NCBI GenBank assembly: GCA_951812955.1
Contig: OX638340.1
Coordinates: 192,001-256,000, forward strand
Direction of reading: 5' to 3'
Length of the DNA: 64,000 nt
DNA from: an uncultured Gemmatimonadota bacterium
GTDB taxonomy: Bacteria > JAAXHH01
Position numbers and translations under genes: made by a program. How positions within the stretch are numbered: the stretch's first letter is position 1; every line of letters begins with the position of its first letter. Shown here in pieces: positions 10,044 to 20,793 of this stretch. The notes beneath the pieces are model-generated. The model was not told where the DNA came from. It made no database searches and was given only the letters and a program-made list of their open reading frames with translations.

Positions 10044-10931
10044 GTGGAAGTCATCAACCAGATCTGGTCTCACCTGGTTCGCACCAAGGGCAAGCGGCTC
10101 AGGCCCGCGCTGGTTTTCCTTTCCGCCTCGGCATATGGCTCGCCGTGCAGAGAGACCATGCTGGCGGCATTTATCATCGAGCTCTGCCATACCGCGACGC
10201 TGATCCACGACGACGTGGTCGACCGGGCGACGACCCGGCGCGGACTGCCCACGCTGAATTCAGTCTGGGACAACCATGTCTCGGTGCTCATGGGCGACAA
10301 CGTGATCGCAAGGGTGTTGACGCTGATCGCGAAACTGGATTGTTCGAGGATCACGACGAAAATAGCGGAATGCGTCGAACGGCTGACCGAGGGCGAGTTG
10401 CACCAGGCCATACGCCGGTTCAACATCAGTACGACCGAGGCGGAGTATTACCGCATCATCAGCAACAAGACGTCTTCGCTCATTGCATGCGGCTGTGATT
10501 CCGGAGTTTACCTTTCGAGTCAGTCGGTCGAGACCGCCCGCCGGTTCGGCGAGTTCGGCGAGAAGCTCGGGATGGCGTTTCAGATTACCGACGACATCCT
10601 GAATTTCACGGGAGACGAGGACGTCATCGGCAAACCGAGAGGTAACGATTTCCGGGAAGGCACGGTTACCCTGCCCCTGATCCATGCCCTCCGCAACGCC
10701 TCCAGCGACGGAAACCGGCGCGTGGAGCAATTGCTTGAAACGGAGTGGAGCGACCGCGTCTGCGACGAGATCGTCGAATTCGTCCACGTCCACGACGGCA
10801 TCCGTTACGCGAAAGGCAAGGCGCTGGCATACGCGGAAGAGGCCAAGAAGATCCTGGCCGAAGAACCGGAGACCCCTGCGAAGCAAGCCCTGTTGAACAT
10901 GGTGGATTACGCCATTGAACGGGATCGATGA
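10044..10931 (+). CDS. ispB: Long-chain polyprenyl diphosphate synthase (IspB-like, octaprenyl/heptaprenyl)
   Basis: Trans-IPPS motifs IHDDVVD and ITDDIL; GTG is the first canonical start after the in-frame TAA at 9933, yet the conserved N-terminal helix appears to extend upstream (see finding). Confidence 0.8.
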   Translation: MEVINQIWSHLVRTKGKRLRPALVFLSASAYGSPCRETMLAAFIIELCHTATLIHDDVVDRATTRRGLPTLNSVWDNHVSVLMGDNVIARVLTLIAKLDCSRITTKIAECVERLTEGELHQAIRRFNISTTEAEYYRIISNKTSSLIACGCDSGVYLSSQSVETARRFGEFGEKLGMAFQITDDILNFTGDEDVIGKPRGNDFREGTVTLPLIHALRNASSDGNRRVEQLLETEWSDRVCDEIVEFVHVHDGIRYAKGKALAYAEEAKKILAEEPETPAKQALLNMVDYAIERDR

Positions 10932-10938
10932 TGCATGT

Positions 10939-11814
10939 ATGGATTCTATATCCGTAATCGTCATTACCTATAACGAAGAACCGCATATCGATTCCTGTCT
11001 GCGGAGCGTTTCATGGGTCGACGAAATCGTGGTGGTGGATTGCGGCAGCAGCGATCGCACGGTTGAGATCTGCAACGGCCACGAGAAAGTCCGGCTGTTT
11101 CATGTAGACCGGCACGGCAGTGGACAGCAGAAACAACAGGCCCTGGACCGGGCGGTTTCCGAATGGGTGCTGAACCTGGACGCGGACGAACGGCTCAGCG
11201 AATCCCTGCAGTCGGACATACGGCGCCTCCTCGAGACACCGGCGCCCTGCGACGGTTACCATATACCAAGGGAGAACTACTTCCTCGCCAGGCATATCCG
11301 GCACGCGGCGGGATGGGGAGACGACCGGCCGCTCCGGCTGCTCCGACGGACGAAGGCGGCCGTCACCCGGACCCAGGTGCACGAGACCTTCGTGGTGGAC
11401 GGACCGACCGGCAGGCTCGAATCTCCCCTGATACACGATGCCTACACCAGCCTGTACCAGTATATCGAGAAGCTGAACGAATACACGTCGATCGAGGTGA
11501 GAAACCGGCTCAAGGCGCGGCCGGACCGAAAGATTACCTGGGTGCACATTGCCCTCGCTCCCCTGGGCACGTTCTGGAAGTTGTACGTGATGAAACGAGG
11601 GTATCTCGATGGGATGCAAGGGCTTTTGCTTTGTGTCCTTTCATCTGTATCGGTCATGTCCGGGTACGCGAAGACATGGGAATACGGGATGTACAGGAAG
11701 CGGGGCGGCCGGATGTTCCCGCCCATTCGGACCGAGGAAGTAAGGACCCGGCAACCGGGCTACAACCGGCTGATCCGGGATGGCGACGAAGAATTCAACT
11801 GGAAGGATGATTGA
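10939..11814 (+). CDS. Glycosyltransferase family 2 (WaaE/KdtX-like LPS-core glycosyltransferase), paralog 1
   Basis: N-terminal SISVIVITYNEE...VVVDCGSSDRT...LNLDADERL GT-A motif set; ATG at 10939 preferred over upstream TTG at 10915. Confidence 0.8.
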   Translation: MDSISVIVITYNEEPHIDSCLRSVSWVDEIVVVDCGSSDRTVEICNGHEKVRLFHVDRHGSGQQKQQALDRAVSEWVLNLDADERLSESLQSDIRRLLETPAPCDGYHIPRENYFLARHIRHAAGWGDDRPLRLLRRTKAAVTRTQVHETFVVDGPTGRLESPLIHDAYTSLYQYIEKLNEYTSIEVRNRLKARPDRKITWVHIALAPLGTFWKLYVMKRGYLDGMQGLLLCVLSSVSVMSGYAKTWEYGMYRKRGGRMFPPIRTEEVRTRQPGYNRLIRDGDEEFNWKDD

Positions 11815-11820
11815 GACCCG

Positions 11821-12807
11821 ATGGGCCTGAAAGACACCTTTTACAAGACCGCGTCCCGGTACGAACCGCTTCAGCGGGTCCTGCGCAATGCCGTCGTCGC
11901 GCGTAAACTGCGATTTCCCGAAGTGATCAGCATCGAGTCTTCGAGTTTCTGCAATGCCGACTGCATCATGTGCCCGAGGGAGCTGCTCAGCCGCAAGAAG
12001 GGCAACATGTCCATGGAGCTGTACCGCAAGATCATCGACGAGTGCGCCGAGAACGCCCGGTACATCAAGCTCGTACAGCCCTTCATGTTCGGTGAGTCCT
12101 TCATCAACAAGCAACTCGTCGACATGATCGCGTATACGAAAAACCGGCTGCCCCGCGTGCCGGTCAGTGTGAGCACCAACGGTTCCCTCATCGATCCCCG
12201 GAAGGCCCAGGAGCTCATCGACTGCAAGCTGGACAAGATCAACATCGATATCGACGGGGCGACGGCGGACACCTTCGAAGCGGTGCGCGTGGGTCTCGAT
12301 TACAAACAGGTGGTGGAAAACGCGCGGTACTTGATGGAGCTGAAACGGTCCACCGCCAGCCGGACGCCCGAAATCACGGTGACGATCATCAATATGGAAG
12401 AAACCCAGCACGAAGTCGAGGCGTTCCGGGAGCTGTGGGCGCCCATCGCCGACAACGTGGTCGTGCAAAGCTACACCACGTGGACCGGAAGCGTGGATGA
12501 CAAGAACGTGGGTGATCAGGCCGCGGCTTCGGCGGTGGGCGGTTTCACCTTTCCCTGCAAGCATCCCTGGGAGGAGTTCGTCATCGCCAACGACGGCCGC
12601 GTGTCCATCTGCTGCCTCGATTTCGACTTCAAGGTGGAGGTGGGCGACGTATCGAAGCAATCGATCAGGGAGGTCTGGAACGGCGCTCCGATCGAGGAGA
12701 TCCGGCAGAAGATGATCGAGAACAGGTACGACGAACTCGAGATCTGCAGCCAGTGCAACAACTACATCTTTCAGACCGAATGCGCCTGGCACCAGGTGTG
12801 GAAGTGA
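11821..12807 (+). CDS. Radical SAM enzyme with C-terminal SPASM/twitch-type auxiliary cysteine cluster
   Basis: CNADCIMC (CxxxCxxC) near N-terminus; C-terminal cysteines CKHPW...ICCLD...CSQCNNY...C; sits inside the glycosyltransferase locus. Confidence 0.8.
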   Translation: MGLKDTFYKTASRYEPLQRVLRNAVVARKLRFPEVISIESSSFCNADCIMCPRELLSRKKGNMSMELYRKIIDECAENARYIKLVQPFMFGESFINKQLVDMIAYTKNRLPRVPVSVSTNGSLIDPRKAQELIDCKLDKINIDIDGATADTFEAVRVGLDYKQVVENARYLMELKRSTASRTPEITVTIINMEETQHEVEAFRELWAPIADNVVVQSYTTWTGSVDDKNVGDQAAASAVGGFTFPCKHPWEEFVIANDGRVSICCLDFDFKVEVGDVSKQSIREVWNGAPIEEIRQKMIENRYDELEICSQCNNYIFQTECAWHQVWK

Positions 12808-12887
12808 TGCCGGTCCACTCGTATCCCGCCTGAATGGGCAGGCCGCCCGGATACCCGTAAGCGTCCCCTTTTTAAATCTCCTTCGAC

Positions 12888-14045
12888 ATGAGGAATACCA
12901 TGGACCGCATGGCGCCCGCGCGCATCCTGCAGGTGTGTTCCTCCCTGGCCTGGGGTGGTACGGAGATGCACGTGCCGATCCTGTCGGGTAAACTCAGGGC
13001 CCGCGGCCACGACGTGCGTCTGGTGCTTCATCCGAAGGGATCGATCGCCGGCGAGTCACGGGAATTGGGTTTCCCGACCGAGACCATCCCCATCGGCGGA
13101 TACGTGAATCCGGTTACTACCTGTGCGCTGGGGCGGTGCATACGGCGCTTCAGGCCTCGTGTCATCCACCTCCACCTTTCCCGCGACCTCTGGCAGACCG
13201 TGCCCGCTGCGCGGTTGGCGGGATACGACGGGCCGGTCGTCCTCACCAAGCACGTGGGTTCCTACGTGACGAAAACGGACCCTCTGCACCGCTGGCTGTA
13301 CCGCCGCGTGTCCCGCGTCATTACGGTATCGGAGACGTTGAACCGGAACGTGCGCGAGACCTGTCCCATCGACCCGGAACGCGTAGTAACCGTGCATCCG
13401 GCTCTGGACCTGGAACGGTTCGATCCCACCGGTTACGATCGGATGGAAACGAGAAAGTCGCTTGGATTCCCGTCCGGCGCCGTCGTGGTGGGGACCGTGG
13501 GGCGCGTTTCTCCGGGAAAGGGGTACGAAGAGTTCCTGCAGGCCGCCCGGTTGCTCCGGGACCGCCATCCCGATGTGCCCCTGCGTTTCCTCGTGGCGGG
13601 CGAGGCCAGCTACGGAGAGGAAGCCTACCACGACGGAATCGTTCATTACGCCCGGGAACTCGACCTCGCTGAGACCGTTCTTTTCGCGGGTTTCAGGCGG
13701 GATATTCCCGCCTTGCTGAACGCCATGGACGTTTTTATATTTCCCTCCAGAGCGGAGGGATTCGGCGCGACCGTCATCGAGGCGATGGCCATGGGCGTTG
13801 CCTGCGTATCGACCCGGTCCGACGGGACGCTGGACACCGTGGAGGACGGGGTAACGGGCCTGGTCTTCCAGGGAGGCGACGCGGAAGGGCTTGCGCGGTC
13901 GGTCGAATCGCTGCTTACGGACGAGCAGTTGCGCACGCGCATCGCGGAGAACGGCTGCAGACAGGCCAGGGAACGCTTTAATCTCGATGCCATGACCGAC
14001 CGCGTGGAAGCGCTCTACGCCGAATCAAAAGCCCATCCCGCCTGA
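12888..14045 (+). CDS. Glycosyltransferase family 4 (GT-B, group 1)
   Basis: GT4 architecture: N-terminal WGGTEMHV, C-terminal FIFPSRAEGFGATVIEAMAMGVACV E-x7-E region. Confidence 0.8.
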   Translation: MRNTMDRMAPARILQVCSSLAWGGTEMHVPILSGKLRARGHDVRLVLHPKGSIAGESRELGFPTETIPIGGYVNPVTTCALGRCIRRFRPRVIHLHLSRDLWQTVPAARLAGYDGPVVLTKHVGSYVTKTDPLHRWLYRRVSRVITVSETLNRNVRETCPIDPERVVTVHPALDLERFDPTGYDRMETRKSLGFPSGAVVVGTVGRVSPGKGYEEFLQAARLLRDRHPDVPLRFLVAGEASYGEEAYHDGIVHYARELDLAETVLFAGFRRDIPALLNAMDVFIFPSRAEGFGATVIEAMAMGVACVSTRSDGTLDTVEDGVTGLVFQGGDAEGLARSVESLLTDEQLRTRIAENGCRQARERFNLDAMTDRVEALYAESKAHPA

Positions 14046-14063
14046 TCACGGTCCCGGCCCTTC

Positions 14064-15998
14064 ATGAACCTGTATCTCCGAATACTGTCCTATGTAAAGC
14101 CCTACTGGTACTTCATGGCCGGCGCCATGGTGTGCATGGCCTTCTTTGCGCTGACCAGCAGCGCAACGGTCTGGGTGGCCCTGCCCTTTCTGCAGACCCT
14201 GTTCGGCCATCAAACCGTACAGACGGACCAGTCCGGGCAGACCGGGCAAACCGTACAGACGGACCAGACCGGGCAGTCCGGGCAGACCGGGCAGTTCGAC
14301 TTGGCGCGGGATTCGGCGAACCGGTTGGAGCAACGGGCCGGGATGGCGGGCCTGCGCGAGTCGTTGAAGGATCGCACCAACGCCCTGATCACCCGGCCGA
14401 CCAGGCAGGCTACGCTGGAACGCCTCTGCCTGATCATCCTGTTCATCCTCCTGATCAAGAACATCAGCAGTTACCTGCAGGCCTACCTGATGGCCTACGC
14501 CGAGAACGGGGTCATCAAGGACCTACGGAACCATCTCTATATCCACCTTCACCGCCTTTCCCTGTCCTACTTCCACCGTGAACGCACGGGAGAGCTCATC
14601 TCCCGCGTGTCCTACGACGTCATGAAGATCAACGGGACGGTTTCCGCCGCCTTCGGGACGTTGATCAAGGAACCTATGCTGGTGGTGGTCTACCTCGCGA
14701 TCCTCTTGATCCTGAGCTGGCAATTGACGCTGGTCTCCCTGGTGCTTCTTCCCTTCAGCGTCCTCGTCATCACCACGGTGGGCAGGCGGCTGCGCCGGAG
14801 CAGCACCGCCTCACAGGAAGCCATGGCCGATCTGACCTCGACGCTCCAGGAGACCGTGGCCGGCGTACGGGTGGTCAAGGCCTTCAACATGGAATCCTTC
14901 GAGATCGGCAAGTTCAAGCGGCAGACCCAGCATTACTTCGCCACGCTGCTTCGACTGACCCACATGCACAACCTGGCCAGCCCCATCACGGAGATCCTGG
15001 GCAGCTTCGTCGGCCTGGCGATCCTCTGGTACGGCGGCCGGCAGGTCCTCGAAGGCGGCCTGCTTGCTCCGGAGGATTTCCTGACATTCTTTCTCGCCCT
15101 CTTTTCCATGATGAAACCGGTCAAGGAACTCGGACAGGTGCACAACCGAATCCAGGAGGGAATCGCGGCCGCCGACCGCGTGTTTTCGATCCTGGACACG
15201 GCGCCCGAAATCACGGACGCGCCCGAAGCGGAGCGGCTTCCCGACCTGCGGCGGGAAATCCGGTTCCACCGTGTTGCCTTCCGGTACGACAGGTCCGCCG
15301 AACCCGCCCTTGAGGATATCGATCTCGTGGTCCGATCGGGAGAGACCGTGGCCCTCGTGGGACCGAGCGGTGGTGGCAAGTCCACCCTGGTTGACCTCGT
15401 CGCACGGTTTTACGACCCGACCTGCGGGCGTATCGAGATAGATGGGAAAGACCTGCGTTCGGTCACCGTGGCGTCCCTCCGGGACAAGATGGGCATCGTG
15501 ACACAGGACGTGATCCTGTTCAACGACACGGTCCGCAACAATATCGCTTACGGCGTGCAGGACATGCCCGTGGACCGGATACAATCCGCCGCGGCTGCTG
15601 CCAACGCGGATGCCTTCATCGACCAGTTGCCCGATGGATACGAAACATATCTCGGGGAACGCGGCGTGCGTCTCTCCGGGGGCCAGCGCCAGCGTATCGC
15701 GATCGCAAGGGCCATCCTGAAGGATCCCCAGATCCTCATATTCGACGAGGCCACCTCCAGTCTGGATACCGAGTCCGAACTGCTGGTCCAGGAGGCCATC
15801 GACCGGTTGATGGCGGGGAGGACGGCCCTGGTCATCGCCCATCGCCTGTCGACCGTGCAGAAGGCGGACCGGGTGGTCGTGGTCGACCGTGGCCGTATCG
15901 TGCAGACCGGCGATCACGGATCGCTGATCCGGGAAGACGGCCTGTACCGGAAGCTCTACAATCTGCAGTTCCGGGACCAGGAACCCGTCGCGGAATAA
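14064..15998 (+). CDS. msbA: MsbA-like lipid A/glycolipid ABC exporter (fused TMD-NBD) with ~60-aa repeat-containing insertion in first extracytoplasmic loop
   Basis: Six-TM domain plus NBD with Walker A GPSGGGKST, signature LSGGQRQR, Walker B ILIFDEATS; 644 aa vs ~580 typical. Confidence 0.85.
   Translation: MNLYLRILSYVKPYWYFMAGAMVCMAFFALTSSATVWVALPFLQTLFGHQTVQTDQSGQTGQTVQTDQTGQSGQTGQFDLARDSANRLEQRAGMAGLRESLKDRTNALITRPTRQATLERLCLIILFILLIKNISSYLQAYLMAYAENGVIKDLRNHLYIHLHRLSLSYFHRERTGELISRVSYDVMKINGTVSAAFGTLIKEPMLVVVYLAILLILSWQLTLVSLVLLPFSVLVITTVGRRLRRSSTASQEAMADLTSTLQETVAGVRVVKAFNMESFEIGKFKRQTQHYFATLLRLTHMHNLASPITEILGSFVGLAILWYGGRQVLEGGLLAPEDFLTFFLALFSMMKPVKELGQVHNRIQEGIAAADRVFSILDTAPEITDAPEAERLPDLRREIRFHRVAFRYDRSAEPALEDIDLVVRSGETVALVGPSGGGKSTLVDLVARFYDPTCGRIEIDGKDLRSVTVASLRDKMGIVTQDVILFNDTVRNNIAYGVQDMPVDRIQSAAAAANADAFIDQLPDGYETYLGERGVRLSGGQRQRIAIARAILKDPQILIFDEATSSLDTESELLVQEAIDRLMAGRTALVIAHRLSTVQKADRVVVVDRGRIVQTGDHGSLIREDGLYRKLYNLQFRDQEPVAE
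14211..14294 (+). repeat. In-frame tandem repeat inside msbA encoding QTVQTDQ(S/T)GQTGQ units
   Basis: caaaccgtacagacggaccag...gggcagaccgggcag repeated twice with gggcag(a/t)ccgggcag sub-repeats. Confidence 0.85.
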
Positions 15999-16008
15999 CG
16001 GACGGTGG

Positions 16009-17154
16009 ATGATGTGGTATCCTATCGAGAAGCGTTTCAAGACCCGCGTGCTCAAATGGCTGGCAAGCCATCCCCTGGGACAGCGCCACGCGCCGCCCGG
16101 CACGGTCGATCCGGATGGCATCAACCGGATCCTGATCATCCGGCAGCATGATCAGTTCGGCGATTTCCTGCTGACCACCCCCGCGATCCGTGCGCTGCGT
16201 GCGCGGTTTCCCGATGCGCACCTGTCGCTGGTCGTCCGCGCCTACTTGTATCCCGTGGCCCAGGGCAATCCGGACGTGGACCAGGTCCTGGTTTTCCACG
16301 AATCCGGTTTTCGCTGGCGACCCCGAGACATCCGTTCTTTCGTCGACCTGATGCGCGGGTCCATCGACCTCGCCGTCGTGTTCAATACGGTATCCCATTC
16401 CTTCTCCAGCGACCTGATCGCCTGGCTCTCCGGCGCCCCCGTAGTCATGGGACCCGCGACACCCACTTTCGACCACCTCGATCATAATCCGTTCTACACG
16501 GTAAACGTACCCGTCAATCCCGAACCCAGGCACCAGATCCAGCGAAACCTGGACGTGGTCCGGTATGTAGGCGCGGATACGGAAGACCTTTCCTACGGTT
16601 ATGCCATGTCCGAGGATGAACGGGCCGGAGGACGTGAAGTAGTCGAAGGACAGGCAGGAGGTCCGACCGCGCCCGGAGGCCCCGTGGTCGCCGTCCACTT
16701 CGGAACCGGGGACGTGAGGAAACGATATCCGGTCGGACAACTGGCCCGCGTTTGCGACGAGTTGGCCACCCGACTCTCCGCCCGGATCCTGGTCATACCC
16801 GCACCGGGGGACGAGGCACTGCTGCGCGCCCTGTGCGACGCGGCATCCACGCCCCTGCGCGGGGTGCCGCCCATGTCGCTGCGGAGGGTAGCCGGAGTGC
16901 TCCACGCCGCGGATCTGCTCGTGTGCAATGATACCGGGGTACTTCACCTGGCCGCCGCGGTAGGAACGCCGACTCTTTCCTTCCACGCCACGAGTGATCC
17001 GGCCTACTGGAAACCGCCCGGCGCCGGGCACCGCGCCTTCTATGCCGTCAGCCGGCGGATCGATGAGATCCCGCCGGACCGGGTTTGCCGCGAAATTTCC
17101 GCCATGCTCGATGGTCCCCCCGGGGCCGGAACAGGCGAGATAATCCGCGTCTGA
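16009..17154 (+). CDS. Glycosyltransferase family 9 (LPS heptosyltransferase-like), paralog 1
   Basis: GT9 hallmarks: N-terminal ILIIRQHDQFGDFLLTTPAIRAL, C-terminal VCNDTGVLHLAAAVGTPTLSF. Confidence 0.8.
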   Translation: MMWYPIEKRFKTRVLKWLASHPLGQRHAPPGTVDPDGINRILIIRQHDQFGDFLLTTPAIRALRARFPDAHLSLVVRAYLYPVAQGNPDVDQVLVFHESGFRWRPRDIRSFVDLMRGSIDLAVVFNTVSHSFSSDLIAWLSGAPVVMGPATPTFDHLDHNPFYTVNVPVNPEPRHQIQRNLDVVRYVGADTEDLSYGYAMSEDERAGGREVVEGQAGGPTAPGGPVVAVHFGTGDVRKRYPVGQLARVCDELATRLSARILVIPAPGDEALLRALCDAASTPLRGVPPMSLRRVAGVLHAADLLVCNDTGVLHLAAAVGTPTLSFHATSDPAYWKPPGAGHRAFYAVSRRIDEIPPDRVCREISAMLDGPPGAGTGEIIRV

Positions 17155-17181
17155 ACCCGAATCGATTACGGGCTAATTATC

Positions 17182-17210
17182 TTGACAGGCACCCGGGCTT
17201 CCGGTACCAT
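17182..17210 (+). promoter_or_regulatory. Candidate promoter TTGACA-N17-TACCAT ahead of methyltransferase/DUF4212/SSS operon
   Basis: TTGACA 17182-17187, 17-nt spacer, TACCAT 17205-17210 in the 103-bp gap after the GT9 gene. Confidence 0.4.
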
Positions 17211-17257
17211 GTAGCCCGCTCGCGCGCAGGCCGCAACAGGCATGGAAACTGGTAAAC

Positions 17258-17758
17258 ATGGCGACCAAACTCGATATGGGCTGCGGTCCCTTCGGGAAAC
17301 TGGAAGGCGCCGTCGGCCTGGATATCAATGACGCGGCGCACGTGGACGTCGTGCACGATCTGGACGAGTACCCCTATCCCTTCGTCGACGGCCAGTTCGA
17401 TCATATCGAGATGTCCCACATTCTGGAACATATCCGCCAGCCGGCCAGGGCCATGGACGAAGTTTTCCGCATCGCGCGATCCGGGGCGTCGATCCGTATC
17501 GTCACGCCCCATTACTCTTCCCAGTTGTCCTATGGCGACCTGACCCACTATCATCACTTCGGCTACGTGACGATCACCCAGATGTGCCGGGACGGGCGGT
17601 TCCGAATGGACGGCTGCAGGCTGATTTTCAGCGACATCTACCGGGTACTGGGCATCAGCCTGTTCGCCAACTGGTTTCCCCGGCGTTGGGAGAAATACCT
17701 CGCGTTCATCTTCCCGGGCATGTACGTAGAGGCGAATCTGAGCGTTGTCAAAGCTTGA
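17258..17758 (+). CDS. Small class I SAM-dependent methyltransferase
   Basis: LDMGCGPFG glycine-rich SAM-binding motif I, acidic motif II (VHDLDE), 166 aa. Confidence 0.75.
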   Translation: MATKLDMGCGPFGKLEGAVGLDINDAAHVDVVHDLDEYPYPFVDGQFDHIEMSHILEHIRQPARAMDEVFRIARSGASIRIVTPHYSSQLSYGDLTHYHHFGYVTITQMCRDGRFRMDGCRLIFSDIYRVLGISLFANWFPRRWEKYLAFIFPGMYVEANLSVVKA

Positions 17759-17768
17759 ACGGAACGGG

Positions 17769-18098
17769 ATGAACCGGAGGGCCGACATGGCCGCATCGAC
17801 AGATACCACCGGAAACAAGGCCGCACGGGCCCTGCGCCGGTACTGGCGGGCCAATATTCGGTTCATGGCCGTGTTGCTCGGGCTGTGGGCCCTGGCCGGA
17901 CTGGGCGCCGGCATCCTGTTCGCGGACGCGCTCAACGCTTACCGGATATCCGGCACCGGCTTTCCCCTGGGTTTCTGGTTCGCCCACCAGGGCAGCATCA
18001 TCGTGTTCGTGCTGCTCATCCTGGCCTACTGCCTCTACATGAACCGCCTGGATAAACGGCACCGTCGCGAACTCGAAAGTACGGAACAGGAAGGTTAG
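17769..18098 (+). CDS. DUF4212-type small membrane protein (putative accessory subunit of sodium:solute symporter)
   Basis: ~110-aa two-TM protein immediately upstream of an SSS-family permease, the conserved DUF4212/SSS pairing; start chosen at ATG 17769 (ORF opens at 17745 overlapping the MT gene). Confidence 0.6.
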   Translation: MNRRADMAASTDTTGNKAARALRRYWRANIRFMAVLLGLWALAGLGAGILFADALNAYRISGTGFPLGFWFAHQGSIIVFVLLILAYCLYMNRLDKRHRRELESTEQEG

Positions 18099-18107
18099 AA
18101 TCGGCCT

Positions 18108-19961
<1,854 letters not shown>

Positions 19962-19979
19962 TCGACGGGAGCCGGCGCC

Positions 19980-20768
19980 ATGTCCATTTCCGTCATAGTC
20001 ATAGCCCGGGACGAAGCCCTCCGGATCGAAACCTGCCTGCAGAGCGCGCGCTTCGCCGACGAGATCGTGCTCGTGGACTCCGGGAGCACGGACGACACCG
20101 TCGCCATCGCGCGGAAGTACGCCGACCAGGTCATCGAATCGGAGTGGCGTGGCTACGGCGCGACCAAGCAACTGGCCCTGGAGCACGCCAGCGGGGACTG
20201 GGTACTCTGGCTGGACGCGGACGAACGCGTCCCGCCGGACCTGCGGGATGAGATCCTCGCCACAGTGGATGCCGGCGAGCATGCCGGATACCGCATCGCT
20301 CGGAAGACGTTTTTCCTGGGACGCTGGATTCGCCACTGCGGCTGGTATCCCGACTACGTACTCCGCCTGTTCCGGCGTGCGGCCGAACCCCGGTTTACCG
20401 ACGACGAGGTCCACGAGTCGCTGCGCATCCAGGGCACGACCGGCGATCTGAAACACCCGATGATTCACGATACCGATCCCACACTCCACCACTACCTCCG
20501 CAAGTTCAACAGTTTTACCAGTCTCGGCGCCCGCCAGCTATACCTGTCTGGCCGGCGTTTCCGTTTGACAGATCTGGTGTTCCGTCCGATTTTTACCCTG
20601 GTGAAAATGTACGTGCTGAAGCGGGGTTTCCTGGATGGCCTGCCCGGCTTCATCTTGTGCGGCCTTTCCGCCTGTTACGTTTTCGCCAAGTACGCCAAGT
20701 TATGGCACCTGCACGCCCGCGGCTCCGCCGACTTCGAATCGGGCGCGGCGGGCGGCCAGTCCTCCTGA
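19980..20768 (+). CDS. Glycosyltransferase family 2 (WaaE/KdtX-like), paralog 2
   Basis: SISVIVIARDEA...VLVDSGSTDDT...WLDADERV; same architecture as 10939-11814. Confidence 0.8.
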   Translation: MSISVIVIARDEALRIETCLQSARFADEIVLVDSGSTDDTVAIARKYADQVIESEWRGYGATKQLALEHASGDWVLWLDADERVPPDLRDEILATVDAGEHAGYRIARKTFFLGRWIRHCGWYPDYVLRLFRRAAEPRFTDDEVHESLRIQGTTGDLKHPMIHDTDPTLHHYLRKFNSFTSLGARQLYLSGRRFRLTDLVFRPIFTLVKMYVLKRGFLDGLPGFILCGLSACYVFAKYAKLWHLHARGSADFESGAAGGQSS

Positions 20769-20793
20769 AACCGCACCTTCACCGGCGACTCCC

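Noticed and set aside
10915-10938. Upstream TTG start (10915) for the first GT2 gene, overlapping ispB
   Set aside because: ATG at 10939 lies just after the ispB stop and gives an N-terminus (MDSISVIVITYNEE) matching the paralogs at 19980 and 20794. The longer form was not adopted.
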